Part shown: positions 48,777 to 58,852 of the stretch, piece after piece
Layout of the letters: each line of letters opens with the position of its first letter
How positions within the stretch are numbered: the first letter of the stretch is position 1
Source of the DNA: an uncultured Bacilli bacterium
GTDB lineage: Bacteria > Bacillota_I > Bacilli_A > RF39 > UBA660
Direction: 5' to 3'
DNA length: 64,000 nt
NCBI GenBank assembly: GCA_947632595.1
Contig: CANRPY010000003.1
Span: forward strand, 12,532-76,531
The notes under the pieces: generated by a model
Seen by the model: only the letters and a program-made list of their open reading frames with translations
Told to the model about the DNA's origin: nothing
Databases searched by the model: none
Translations under genes and position numbers: made by a program

Positions 48777-49589
48777 GTGTTTGATGTTGTGGTTGTAAGT
48801 GTTCCTGATACCAAGAGTTATTATTTTTTATCTCCTAATGAACTTGAATTAAAAAAAGGTGATCAGGTATTATTTGAAAGTGATAATGGTCCTTTTGTTG
48901 GTACTGTTTGTAAGGAGGTTTATTCTGAAAAGAAGAGTAATCTTGTTTTGCCGTTAAAAAAAGTTATTCGTCATATAGGAGAAACGGATCAAAAAACGAT
49001 TACTAAGAATGCTAATCTTGCAAATAAGGCATTAGAGGATGCGAAGAAGTTTAGCAAATCTTTAAACCTAGAGATGAACTTTGTTGATTCTTATTTAAAT
49101 TTTGATGGTTCTCAAATGTTTTTATCTTTTTTATCCGATGATCGTGTAGATTTTCGTGATTTGGTTAAAAAACTTGCTCAAAAATACAAAATGCGTATTG
49201 AACTTCGTCAGATTGGAGTTCGTGATAAATCTAAGAAAATTGGTGGTTTAGGGCCTTGTGGATTATTTCTTTGCTGTAATTCTTTTTTAACAGATTTTAA
49301 TAGTGTTTCTATTAATATGGCTAAGAATCAAATGCTTGCTTTAAATCCATCTAAAATTAATGGTATTTGTGGACGTTTATTGTGTTGTTTGGGATATGAA
49401 AATGAAACGTATACGGAATCAAAAAAATCTTTACCTAAGGTTGGTTTTGTTATGGATACTCCTGAAGGTATGGGTAAAGTTGTTGATATTGATGTTTTTG
49501 GAAATACTTATTCGGTTGATTTAGGGGATAAGGGAATTATGAAGTTTCCTGGAGAAAAGAGAATTGAGAAAAATGGAAAGAATAGATGA
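48777..49589 (+). CDS. ricT: Stage 0 sporulation / RicT (YaaT, PSP1) Fe-S protein
   Basis: RVDFRDLVK, RIELRQIGVRD, GGLGPCG..LCC.SFL, SINMAKNQ, KINGICGRLLCCL; GTG start after GGAGG. Confidence 0.92.
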   Translation: MFDVVVVSVPDTKSYYFLSPNELELKKGDQVLFESDNGPFVGTVCKEVYSEKKSNLVLPLKKVIRHIGETDQKTITKNANLANKALEDAKKFSKSLNLEMNFVDSYLNFDGSQMFLSFLSDDRVDFRDLVKKLAQKYKMRIELRQIGVRDKSKKIGGLGPCGLFLCCNSFLTDFNSVSINMAKNQMLALNPSKINGICGRLLCCLGYENETYTESKKSLPKVGFVMDTPEGMGKVVDIDVFGNTYSVDLGDKGIMKFPGEKRIEKNGKNR

Positions 49590-50307
49590 TATATTAGGGT
49601 ATTCTCATTTAAAGATTTATCAGAATTCTTCTTATTTTTCTTTTTCTTTAGATAGTATTATTCTGGCAAATTATTCTACTATTCGGTTACGAGATAAAAA
49701 AATTCTTGATTTTTGTACAGGGAATGGGGTTGTTCCGTTGATTTTGTCACGAAGATGTGATAAAAGTATTGAGGGCGTTGAAGTCCAAGAAAAATTATGT
49801 GATTTAGCAAGAAAGTCTGCTATTTATAATCATTTAGAGGATCGTATTCAGATTCATTGCATGGATGTTAAAGAGTTTGCTTCTAATCCTGTTCATTATA
49901 ATCAATATGATTTGGTTTTATGTAATCCTCCTTATTTTAAAAATCATGAGAAGAGTTCTAAGAATCTTTCTTATGAGAAGATGATTGCAAGACACGAAAT
50001 CCTTATTGATTTAGATGGTATTTGTGATTGTGCAAAAAAAGTTTTAAAAGAACATGGTACATTCTGCATGGTTCATAGAACGGATCGTTTATTGGATGTT
50101 TTATTTGCTTTTCGTAAGCATGATTTGGAGCCTAAAAGAATTAAATTTATTTATGAAACTTTAGAAAAAGAGTCTTTTTTGGTTCTTGTAGAGGGGCAGA
50201 GAATTGGAAATAGTGGTCTAAAAATTGATAAGCCTCTTATTTTGTATCAAGAAGATGGTTCTATGACAGATGAGTATGCAAAATTACAAGTGGAAGTGAT
50301 AAAATGA
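49573..50307 (+). CDS. tRNA1(Val) adenine(37)-N6-methyltransferase (YabB-like)
   Basis: FSLDSIILA, LDFCTGNG, CNPPYF, IARHE, MVHR..RL. Confidence 0.9.
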   Translation: MERIDDILGYSHLKIYQNSSYFSFSLDSIILANYSTIRLRDKKILDFCTGNGVVPLILSRRCDKSIEGVEVQEKLCDLARKSAIYNHLEDRIQIHCMDVKEFASNPVHYNQYDLVLCNPPYFKNHEKSSKNLSYEKMIARHEILIDLDGICDCAKKVLKEHGTFCMVHRTDRLLDVLFAFRKHDLEPKRIKFIYETLEKESFLVLVEGQRIGNSGLKIDKPLILYQEDGSMTDEYAKLQVEVIK

Positions 50308-51140
50308 TTCAAAAAAGTTATGATGGTTCTCCCTGTCTTTATTTAATTCCAACTCCTATTGGTAATTTAGAAGATATTACCATGAGAGCTCTTACTGTTT
50401 TAAAGATGGTGGATGAGGTTTTATGTGAGGATACTAGGGATACTGGGTTATTGCTTAGTCAATATGATCTTCATAAAAAATTAGTTAGTTGTCATGAGTT
50501 TAATGAAGAAAAAATGGTCGATTATGTTCTTACTCGTTTAAGAGAGGGACATACTTTAGGTCTTGTTACGGATCAAGGGACTCCTATCATTAGTGATCCT
50601 GGTTTTTTGATTTCTCGAGGAGTTATTGATGCTGGATATCCTGTCGTTAGTCTTCCTGGTGCTACTGCTTTTGTTCCTGCCCTTACTTCCTCTGGGATTT
50701 TACCTTCTCCTTTTTTGTTTTATGGATTTTTAAATGCAAAAAAGAGTAAGCAAATTCAAGAATTAAATCGTTTAAAAGATTATCCCTTTACGATTATTTT
50801 TTATGAAGCTGTTCACAGAATTCAAAGTACATTAGAAAATTTATTAGAGGTTTTTGGAGATCGTCAAATATCTGTTGCGAGAGAACTTTCTAAAGTACAC
50901 GAAGAATATATTCGTGGTAAAATAAGTACAGTTCTTTCTATGATTGATTGTTTAAAAGGGGAATTTGTTCTTGTTGTAGAAGGTGATCTTCAAAAAATTG
51001 ATTATAGTAATTTAGATGTTGTAGAACATGTATCTATGTATTTAGAAGATATGAGTGAAATGGACGCGATTAAGAAAGTTGCAAAAGAACGTGGCGTTGC
51101 CAAATCCGTTATTTATCAAGAATATCATAATAGGAAGTGA
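50304..51140 (+). CDS. rsmI: 16S rRNA C1402 2'-O-methyltransferase
   Basis: LYLIPTPIGNLEDIT.RA, CEDTR, GTPIISDPG, ARELSKVHEE, KGEFVLVV. Confidence 0.96.
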   Translation: MIQKSYDGSPCLYLIPTPIGNLEDITMRALTVLKMVDEVLCEDTRDTGLLLSQYDLHKKLVSCHEFNEEKMVDYVLTRLREGHTLGLVTDQGTPIISDPGFLISRGVIDAGYPVVSLPGATAFVPALTSSGILPSPFLFYGFLNAKKSKQIQELNRLKDYPFTIIFYEAVHRIQSTLENLLEVFGDRQISVARELSKVHEEYIRGKISTVLSMIDCLKGEFVLVVEGDLQKIDYSNLDVVEHVSMYLEDMSEMDAIKKVAKERGVAKSVIYQEYHNRK

Positions 51141-51144
51141 TTAT

Positions 51145-51714
51145 ATGAAACTTATTGTTGGTCTTGGAAATCCAGGGGCTGATTATGAAAAGACAAGACA
51201 TAATGTTGGGTTTTCTTTTCTTGATTATTATTTGAATTCTAAGAATATTTTAGAAAAATGGTCTTCTAAGTTTGATGGCCTTTATTTGCAAACGATGATA
51301 GCTGGAGAAAAAGTTTTATTTTTAAAACCACAAACTTTTATGAATCTATCAGGTGATGCGGTTCGTAAAATTATGGACTATTATTCTATTTCTATTTCTG
51401 ATTTATTGGTTATTTCTGATGATTTAGACTTAAAACTTGGAAATTTTAAATTAAAAAGAGATGGTTCTTGTGGAGGACACAATGGACTACGAGATATTGA
51501 GAAGAAAATTGGTAGTTCTGAGTATAAAAGATTAAAGATTGGAATTTCTAAAGATTCTTCTTTTGATACTAAGGATTATGTTTTAGGTCGTTTTTCTAAA
51601 GAAGAAGAAAAGGTACTTCAAGAGTTATTTTCTTTCTTATGTGGAGTACTTGATGATTATTTATCTCTTCCTTTTTCTCAATTGATGAGTAAATATAATC
51701 GTAAGAATCTATAG
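51145..51714 (+). CDS. pth: Peptidyl-tRNA hydrolase
   Basis: MKLIVGLGNPG..YEKTRHNVGF, KPQTFMNLSG, DDLDL, GGHNGL, RLKIGI. Confidence 0.97.
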   Translation: MKLIVGLGNPGADYEKTRHNVGFSFLDYYLNSKNILEKWSSKFDGLYLQTMIAGEKVLFLKPQTFMNLSGDAVRKIMDYYSISISDLLVISDDLDLKLGNFKLKRDGSCGGHNGLRDIEKKIGSSEYKRLKIGISKDSSFDTKDYVLGRFSKEEEKVLQELFSFLCGVLDDYLSLPFSQLMSKYNRKNL

Positions 51715-51722
51715 GTGATAAC

Positions 51723-54700
51723 ATGAATTTCTTTCAAGATTATATACAATTTGATTTCAAAAAAGACATGGGTCTCTATGGTATGACCGATGAATTTTTT
51801 TGTTTCTTATTAAAATCATATTTTCAACAGCACAAGAAGAATCTTTTAATTGTAGTGGATAGTTTATTTGAAGCAAACCAATTATATTCTAATTTATCAA
51901 ATTATGAAGAAAATGTTTATTTGTTTCCTATGGATGACTTTTTAACAAGCGAAGCTTTGGCAATTTCTCCTGATTTAATGATTACTCGATTAGAGACGAT
52001 TCGTATGATTCTTAGTAGGGAGTCTTCTATTGTTATTACGAATTTAATGGGATATTTACGGTTTTTACCTAATAAAGAAACATATTTCAATCATATTTTA
52101 TCCTTAAAAGTAGGGGATGTTATTTCTCCTGAGAAGTTAGTAGAAAAACTTATTTCTATTGGTTATACTAGAGATACTATTGTTAATAAAACGGGAGAAG
52201 TTGGCGTTCGTGGATTTGTCATTGATGTTTTTCCTATTGATGAAGAGAATCCTGTTCGTATTGAGTTTTTTGATGATGAGATTGAATCTATTCGTTTTTT
52301 TGATGCGGATACACAAAAGTCTATTTCTAAGGTAGATTCTATTCAAATTTATCCTTATTTTGAATTTATTACTTCTAAAGAGGTTTTGCCAGAACATTTT
52401 AATAAACAAAAATATTTACCTTATTATGATTCTGTTCAAAATATTGGTCAGTATTTGGGAGATGTTATTACTTTTTTTAAAGATTATGAGCAGTTAGAGG
52501 TTTCTTATCGTGATATTTTAGAACAAATTCTTACTTATCGTGAGGATAAGGATTCTCAGTTTACTTCTCCTTATTTATTTTCTTTTCCAGATTTATCTGT
52601 TGATTTTCCCGTCTATTATTATTCTATGAATAATCTTTCTACAAAGCGTAGAATTACTTCTTCTTATTCTTTTCCTATTCATCCTGTTCCTATTTTTCAT
52701 GAAGATGTGGATCGTATTCAAGAATATCTTTCTTCTATGTTGAATCAGAATAAAACTATTATTCTTTGTGTTAAGAAATATCAATTTCGTACCTTATACA
52801 AGTTTCTTAATTTTAAGACGTATGAGGCTACGTTTTCTACCATTCATTCCCAATCTATTAATTTAGTTGATTGTGATTTATCACAAGGTTTTTGTTATGA
52901 GGATGTTGTTGTTATTACGGCACATGAGTTATTTCATGTTTCTACTTCTAAAAAGAAATATCATACAAAATATAAATATACTTCTACTATTCATGATGTT
53001 AATAAACTAGCTATTGGAGATTATGTTGTTCATAATGTTCATGGAATTGGTGTTTATAATGGAATTAAGACTCTTACTTTAAATGATATTACAAAAGATT
53101 ATTTAGAAATTTTATATCAGGGTACGGATAAGATTTATATTCCTGTTGAGAAGATTGATTTAATTTCTAAATATTCTGGTAGAGAGGGTGTTGTTCCTAA
53201 GGTTAATAAACTTGGTGGTGTGGAATGGCAAAAGACAAAGAATCGTGTTAAGAGTCGTATTACGGATATGGCAGATCAATTGATTCGTCTCTATGCAGAA
53301 AGGGAGGTTCGAAAGGGTTTTGCTTTTTCTAAGGATTCTGAATTATCTTCTGAATTTCAAAAGGATTTTCCTTATGAATTAACGCCTGATCAGGTTCGTG
53401 CGATTTCTCAGATTAAAGAAGATATGGAGTCTAGTGTTCCTATGGATCGATTGCTTTGTGGAGATGTTGGTTTTGGAAAAACAGAGGTTGCTTTTGTTGC
53501 GGCTTTCAAAGCTATTTTAGATTCTAAACAAGTTTTATTTTTGTGTCCTACAACGATTCTATCGAATCAACATTATGAGAATGCTTTGGTTCGTTTTCAA
53601 AACTTTCCTGTTTCGATAGGATTACTGAATCGTTTTACGACTCCTAAGGAAGTTAATCGAATTCTTACGGGATTAAAAGAGGGAACGATTGATATGGTAA
53701 TTGGTACTCATCGTTTGTTAAGTGATGATATTCATTTAAAGGACCTTGGGTTATTAATTATTGATGAGGAACAGAGATTTGGTGTTGCCCATAAAGAAAA
53801 AATTAAACAATATAAGACAAATGTTGATGTTTTAACGCTAACTGCTACTCCTATTCCACGTACTTTACAAATGTCTTTGGTTGGAATTCGAAGTTTATCT
53901 CTTATTGAAACTCCTCCTGTTAATCGTTATCCTGTTCAAACTTATGTTGTGGAAGAAAATAAACAAATTTTAAAAGAAGCGATTTATAAAGAAATTTCTA
54001 GAAATGGGCAAGTCTATATTCTTTATAATCGTGTTCAATCTATTGATGAGTTTGCAGATCGTATTCGCCTTATTGCACCGGATGCGAAGGTTGCGATTGC
54101 TCATGGTCAAATGAATAAGAATCAGTTAGAAAATACGATTATGGATTTTATTCAACATGAGTTTGATATTTTGATTTGTACTACCATTATTGAGACTGGA
54201 ATTGATATTCCTAATGTCAACACTTTAATTATTATGGATGCAGATCGATTTGGTCTTAGTCAGTTATATCAAATTCGTGGTCGTGTTGGTCGTAGTGATA
54301 AGTTTGCGTATGCCTATTTAATGTATCAACCTTTTAAATCTTTAACAGAGACCGCTATTAAGAGACTAAATGTGATTAAAGAATTCACGGAGTTGGGTAG
54401 TGGATTTTCTATTGCGACTAGAGATTTATCGATTCGTGGTGCAGGAGATATCTTGGGTAGTGAACAAGCTGGATTTATTGATACTGTTGGAATTGATCTA
54501 TATTTAAAAATGTTAAATGACGAGGTTAGAAGAAGAAATCATGAAATTGTACCAGAAGAGGATACTATGGAGGATACGAAACCTTTTATTGATGTTACTA
54601 CTCATATTTCGGATCAATATGTTTCTGATGATGATTTAAAAGTAGAGATTCATAAAAAGATTAATTCTATTGATAGTTTAGAGTCTTTTGAAAAGGTAAA

Positions 54701-55040
54701 GGCAGAACTAGAAGATCGATTTGGTAAGTTATCAGAAGAGATTCTTATTTATATGTATGAGGAATGGTTTGAAAAACTTGCGAAAAAAATTTCCTTGACC
54801 AAGGTCCATCAAACAAGAAATTCTATAGAACTTGTTTTCTCTCCAGAACTTGTTTCTAAATTGGATACCGAACAAATCTTTATGGATGCTTTTCATATCT
54901 CTAACATGTTTCGTTTTATTAGTAGAGGAGATCATTTTATTATCGTGTTAGATATTATTAAACTGGAGAAACATCCTATCTATTATTTGGTAGAATTGCT
55001 TAGTAAAATTTATGACAATTTAGAAAATTCTATTGACTAA
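51723..55040 (+). CDS. mfd: Transcription-repair coupling factor
   Basis: GDYVVHNVHGIG, DRLLCGDVGFGKTEVA, DEEQRFGV, TATPIPRTL, QLYQIRGRVGR, RDLSIRGAG. Confidence 0.98.
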   Translation: MNFFQDYIQFDFKKDMGLYGMTDEFFCFLLKSYFQQHKKNLLIVVDSLFEANQLYSNLSNYEENVYLFPMDDFLTSEALAISPDLMITRLETIRMILSRESSIVITNLMGYLRFLPNKETYFNHILSLKVGDVISPEKLVEKLISIGYTRDTIVNKTGEVGVRGFVIDVFPIDEENPVRIEFFDDEIESIRFFDADTQKSISKVDSIQIYPYFEFITSKEVLPEHFNKQKYLPYYDSVQNIGQYLGDVITFFKDYEQLEVSYRDILEQILTYREDKDSQFTSPYLFSFPDLSVDFPVYYYSMNNLSTKRRITSSYSFPIHPVPIFHEDVDRIQEYLSSMLNQNKTIILCVKKYQFRTLYKFLNFKTYEATFSTIHSQSINLVDCDLSQGFCYEDVVVITAHELFHVSTSKKKYHTKYKYTSTIHDVNKLAIGDYVVHNVHGIGVYNGIKTLTLNDITKDYLEILYQGTDKIYIPVEKIDLISKYSGREGVVPKVNKLGGVEWQKTKNRVKSRITDMADQLIRLYAEREVRKGFAFSKDSELSSEFQKDFPYELTPDQVRAISQIKEDMESSVPMDRLLCGDVGFGKTEVAFVAAFKAILDSKQVLFLCPTTILSNQHYENALVRFQNFPVSIGLLNRFTTPKEVNRILTGLKEGTIDMVIGTHRLLSDDIHLKDLGLLIIDEEQRFGVAHKEKIKQYKTNVDVLTLTATPIPRTLQMSLVGIRSLSLIETPPVNRYPVQTYVVEENKQILKEAIYKEISRNGQVYILYNRVQSIDEFADRIRLIAPDAKVAIAHGQMNKNQLENTIMDFIQHEFDILICTTIIETGIDIPNVNTLIIMDADRFGLSQLYQIRGRVGRSDKFAYAYLMYQPFKSLTETAIKRLNVIKEFTELGSGFSIATRDLSIRGAGDILGSEQAGFIDTVGIDLYLKMLNDEVRRRNHEIVPEEDTMEDTKPFIDVTTHISDQYVSDDDLKVEIHKKINSIDSLESFEKVKAELEDRFGKLSEEILIYMYEEWFEKLAKKISLTKVHQTRNSIELVFSPELVSKLDTEQIFMDAFHISNMFRFISRGDHFIIVLDIIKLEKHPIYYLVELLSKIYDNLENSID

Positions 55041-55082
55041 AAAACTTTGAATTGTTACATTTAAAATACTGGAGGTAAGATC

Positions 55083-55748
55083 ATGCAGGAACAAGAATCT
55101 CAAACGATTTTAGAACAACATAAAAGTAGTTATCGCCAAGCAGTTCTTGATATTATCGAGAATAATACCGAGGTTTTAGTGAAGCAGGATATTATGTCTT
55201 TATTAAAGAAGCCTCCTCTTGACTCTATGGATTTAATTCGTACTAAATTTTTAGATTTGGCAAAGAAAAATAAAATTGTTTTAAATACGAATGAACTTAG
55301 TACTTTATTAGATACTTATCGTAATTTTTTAATGAATTGTTGTGATGATATTAAAAATATACGGGTATTGGAGTTGAGTTCTAAAATAGAAAAAGAAAGT
55401 CTTTGTAAGATGAATGATACGTTTAAAATTAATAAAAAAGACTTTGTTACGATTAATAAAAAGATTAAGAAATTATTAAAAGATAGATTGGTTGAGGGAT
55501 ATGATACTTGTATTCTTAAATCTATTGATGGTATTTTTCAAGATAGTGTAGGGCAAGAAGTTAGAGAAAAGATTGTGGATGATATTTCTAAGTATGTTAA
55601 GGGAAATTATCAAAAACAATTGATGGAGAATTTTGATATTAAAATATTGGTAAAAGATACTACTTTAATTAATGGTACAAAGGAACAGGGAGAACGTTAT
55701 TTATTTACTTTGAATCATTCTCATTTATTTCAAGATTTAGATTCTTGA
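55083..55748 (+). CDS. Hypothetical helical protein
   Basis: 221-aa ORF with GGAGG RBS and its own sigmaA-like promoter (TTGACT-N17-TACATT, 55033-55061); no recognised motif. Confidence 0.75.
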   Translation: MQEQESQTILEQHKSSYRQAVLDIIENNTEVLVKQDIMSLLKKPPLDSMDLIRTKFLDLAKKNKIVLNTNELSTLLDTYRNFLMNCCDDIKNIRVLELSSKIEKESLCKMNDTFKINKKDFVTINKKIKKLLKDRLVEGYDTCILKSIDGIFQDSVGQEVREKIVDDISKYVKGNYQKQLMENFDIKILVKDTTLINGTKEQGERYLFTLNHSHLFQDLDS

Positions 55749-55779
55749 TTCTTTTCTTCCTTTGTGTTATAGTATGGTC

Positions 55780-56010
55780 ATATTTGAAATGTTGTGATGA
55801 AGAGCGCTTTCTTCCAAAATCTATTTTTAGAGAACTCTGATGGTGAAAATGAGTATAGATGGAATTAAGCTGTATGGCTTTTGAACTTCTATATCGATAG
55901 GTAGGTATAGGCGTAGTCGGCGTTAACGAATGAAGTGTATAATAGAAATTATTATAAAATAAGGTGGTACCGCGAGAAATCGTCCTTATGTTTATAATAA
56001 TTTTTTTTTA
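55780..56010 (+). ncRNA. T-box riboswitch leader (Met specifier) upstream of NUDIX-metG
   Basis: Promoter TTGATT-N17-TATAGT (55745-55773); AGAGA and GGTGAAA boxes; candidate specifier ATG 55874-55876; T-box AAGGTGGTACCGCG at 55961-55974 pairing with CGTCCTT. Confidence 0.88.
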
Positions 56011-56021
56011 GGAGGTTTCTT

Positions 56022-56486
56022 ATGAATAAAATGGGAATTGGCGTAGGCGTTCTTGTTTTAAACGAAGAAGGTAAGGTTTTACTTTTACTGCGTAACTCTG
56101 ATTTTCAAAAGGCTGATAGTGATATGCGATTAGAAGGAACCTATACTCTACCTTCTGGAAAGGTACTGTATCAGGAGACTTTTGAAGAGGCTGCTGTTCG
56201 AAAGTTAGAGGAAGAAGCAGGACTTCATACAACAACAGAAGATGTTCAAGTAATTTCTTTGTCTAATGATATTAATTCCTATGCTCATTATGCAACGATA
56301 GGACTTTGGGCTAAAAAGTATGAGGGAGAGGTTAGGTTGAAAGATTCTTCTGAGTTTGTATCTTGTGGATTTTTTGATCTAGAACATTTACCAGAGAATA
56401 CTTGTATCCCTAGTTTAAAAATTATTAAAAATTATAAAGATAAGATTATTTATCAAGATAAGGAGTGGATTGATTATGAAAGATAA
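56022..56486 (+). CDS. NUDIX hydrolase
   Basis: IGVGVLV, Nudix box GKVLYQETFEEAAVRKLEEEAGL. Confidence 0.85.
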   Translation: MNKMGIGVGVLVLNEEGKVLLLLRNSDFQKADSDMRLEGTYTLPSGKVLYQETFEEAAVRKLEEEAGLHTTTEDVQVISLSNDINSYAHYATIGLWAKKYEGEVRLKDSSEFVSCGFFDLEHLPENTCIPSLKIIKNYKDKIIYQDKEWIDYER

Positions 56487-57999
56487 ATATTATATTACAA
56501 CAGCAATTGCTTATACATCAGGAAAACCTCATATTGGTAATACATATGAGATTGTTTTAGCAGATGCGATTGCGAGATACAAAAGACAACAAGGGTACGA
56601 TGTTTATTTTCAAACAGGTACTGATGAACATGGAGAAAAAATAGAATTAAAGGCAAAAGATGCTAAAAAGACTCCACAAGAGTTTGTAGATGAGAAGGCT
56701 GCTGAAATTAAACGTATTTGGGATATTATGAATACGAGTTATGATAGGTTTGTTCGTACTACGGATCCTAATCATGAAAAGGTTGTTCAACATATTTTTA
56801 AATATATGTATGATAAGGGAGATATTTATAAAGGATCTTATAAGGGACTTTATTGTACTCCTTGTGAATCTTTTTGGACGGAGTCTCAATTAGTAGATGG
56901 AAAATGTCCTGATTGTGGAAGAGAAGTTGAAGAGAAATGTGAAGAAGCTTATTTCTTTAAACTAAGTAAATATCAAAAACCATTAGAGGAATATATTGAA
57001 TCTCATCCTGATTTTATTCAACCTGTTGCTCGTAAAAATGAAATGATTAATAATTTTATTAAACCAGGTCTTCAAGATTTATGTGTTTCTCGTACTTCTT
57101 TTTCTTGGGGAATTCCTGTTGATTTTGATTCTAAACATGTTGTTTATGTTTGGTTAGATGCTTTGACTAATTATATTACTAATATTGGGTATGATGTTGA
57201 GCAAACTACTGATCAGTTTCAAAAATTATGGCCGGCTGATTTACATTTAATTGGAAAGGATATTATTCGTTTTCATACGATTTATTGGCCTTGTTTTCTA
57301 ATGAGTTTAGATATTCCATTACCAAAACAAGTATTTGGACATCCTTGGTTAATTATGAGTGATGGTAAGATGAGTAAGTCTAAAGGTAATGTGATTTATG
57401 CCGATGATTTAGTAGAAGAATTTGGAGTAGATGCTGTTCGTTATTATTTCTTACATGAAATTCCTTTTGCTTCTGATGGTGTTTTTACAAGAGATTTATT
57501 AATTGAGAGAATTAATGGAGATCTTGCGAATATTCTTGGTAACTTAGTGCAAAGAACGATTTCTATGGGAAATAAGTATTTTGATGGAAAAGTAGTTGAT
57601 AAAAAGGTAGAGGATTCTATGGATGAAGCATTTCTTTCTACGATTCAAGCTCTTAAGGCTAAAGTAGATGAGAAGATGGATGCTTTACAAATTAGTGATG
57701 CGATTACTGAAATTTTCAATGTTTTAAGAGCAAGTAATAAGTATATTGATGAGACAACTCCTTGGATTTTAGCAAAAGATGAGGCCTCTAAGGATCGTTT
57801 AGAGACAGTTATTTATCATTTATTAGAATCTATTCGTGTTTGTGCTGTCCTTCTTGAGTCTTTTATGCCTGATACTAGTCTTTCTATTTTCCAACAACTT
57901 CAAACAGAGGATAAGACTCCTACTTATCAAGAGAAAACTTCTTATCAACTTGGAAAACCAACTCCATTATTTATGAGAATTGATGTTTCAAAAGAATAA
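56476..57999 (+). CDS. metG: Methionine--tRNA ligase, short form lacking the C-terminal dimerisation domain
   Basis: YYITTAI.Y, HIGN, GTDEHG, zinc knuckle CTPC...CPDC, YVWLDAL, KMSKS. Confidence 0.97.
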   Translation: MKDKYYITTAIAYTSGKPHIGNTYEIVLADAIARYKRQQGYDVYFQTGTDEHGEKIELKAKDAKKTPQEFVDEKAAEIKRIWDIMNTSYDRFVRTTDPNHEKVVQHIFKYMYDKGDIYKGSYKGLYCTPCESFWTESQLVDGKCPDCGREVEEKCEEAYFFKLSKYQKPLEEYIESHPDFIQPVARKNEMINNFIKPGLQDLCVSRTSFSWGIPVDFDSKHVVYVWLDALTNYITNIGYDVEQTTDQFQKLWPADLHLIGKDIIRFHTIYWPCFLMSLDIPLPKQVFGHPWLIMSDGKMSKSKGNVIYADDLVEEFGVDAVRYYFLHEIPFASDGVFTRDLLIERINGDLANILGNLVQRTISMGNKYFDGKVVDKKVEDSMDEAFLSTIQALKAKVDEKMDALQISDAITEIFNVLRASNKYIDETTPWILAKDEASKDRLETVIYHLLESIRVCAVLLESFMPDTSLSIFQQLQTEDKTPTYQEKTSYQLGKPTPLFMRIDVSKE

Positions 58000-58053
58000 A
58001 GACTTCTTTATTCTTTTTTTAATGGTATAATACATTTAAAAGTAGGTGGTTAC

Positions 58054-58818
58054 ATGTATATTGATACGCATTGTCATTTATCTTCTCAGGATTATTCGGA
58101 CATTCCTGCTGTTATAGAGGATAATAAAAAAGCAGGGGTTGATAAAATGATTTTATCTGGTTGTACAAGGGAGTCTATTCTTGAGTCTTTGGAACTTGTT
58201 GAACAATATCCTGATTTATATGTAACGATTGGTTACCATCCAAGTGAAGCGGATATTACTACGGAAGATGATCTTCTTCTACTAGAAAAACAGCTTCAGA
58301 ATCCTAAAGTTGTTGGGATAGGAGAAATTGGTCTTGATTATCATTATGGGAAAGAGAATATTATGTTGCAGAAGAATTTATTCTACCAGCAGATGAAATT
58401 AGCCTCTCGCTATCACATGCCTGTTGTTATTCATAGTAGGGATGCAACGGAGGATACCATTTCTATTTTAAAAGAGTTTTCTGATGTGATTGGTGATATT
58501 CATTGTTTTAGTGGTAGTTTGGAGACTGCTAAGATTTATCTTTCTATGGGGTACTACTTAGGAATAGGTGGGGTTGTTACTTTTAAAAATTCTAAATTAG
58601 GAGATGTGGTTTCTAAAATTGGTCTTCATTCGTTACTTTTAGAGACAGATAGTCCTTATTTAACTCCAGAACCTTACCGAGGAGGTCAGAATAGTTCTAA
58701 ATATCTTCCTTATGTAGCTTCTAAAATTGCAGAACTTTTAGGTGTTTCTGTAGAAGAGGTTGCTTCTCAAACCCTTCAGAATACTGAGGCTTTGTTTGAC
58801 TTGGACCATAATTTATGA
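58054..58818 (+). CDS. tatD: TatD-family DNase
   Basis: IDTHCHL, GEIGLDYH, VIHSRDA, HCFSG, LLETDSPYL. Confidence 0.95.
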   Translation: MYIDTHCHLSSQDYSDIPAVIEDNKKAGVDKMILSGCTRESILESLELVEQYPDLYVTIGYHPSEADITTEDDLLLLEKQLQNPKVVGIGEIGLDYHYGKENIMLQKNLFYQQMKLASRYHMPVVIHSRDATEDTISILKEFSDVIGDIHCFSGSLETAKIYLSMGYYLGIGGVVTFKNSKLGDVVSKIGLHSLLLETDSPYLTPEPYRGGQNSSKYLPYVASKIAELLGVSVEEVASQTLQNTEALFDLDHNL

Positions 58819-58852
58819 TATGTTATAAGAGTATAATGGGTTGGTGATTTGG

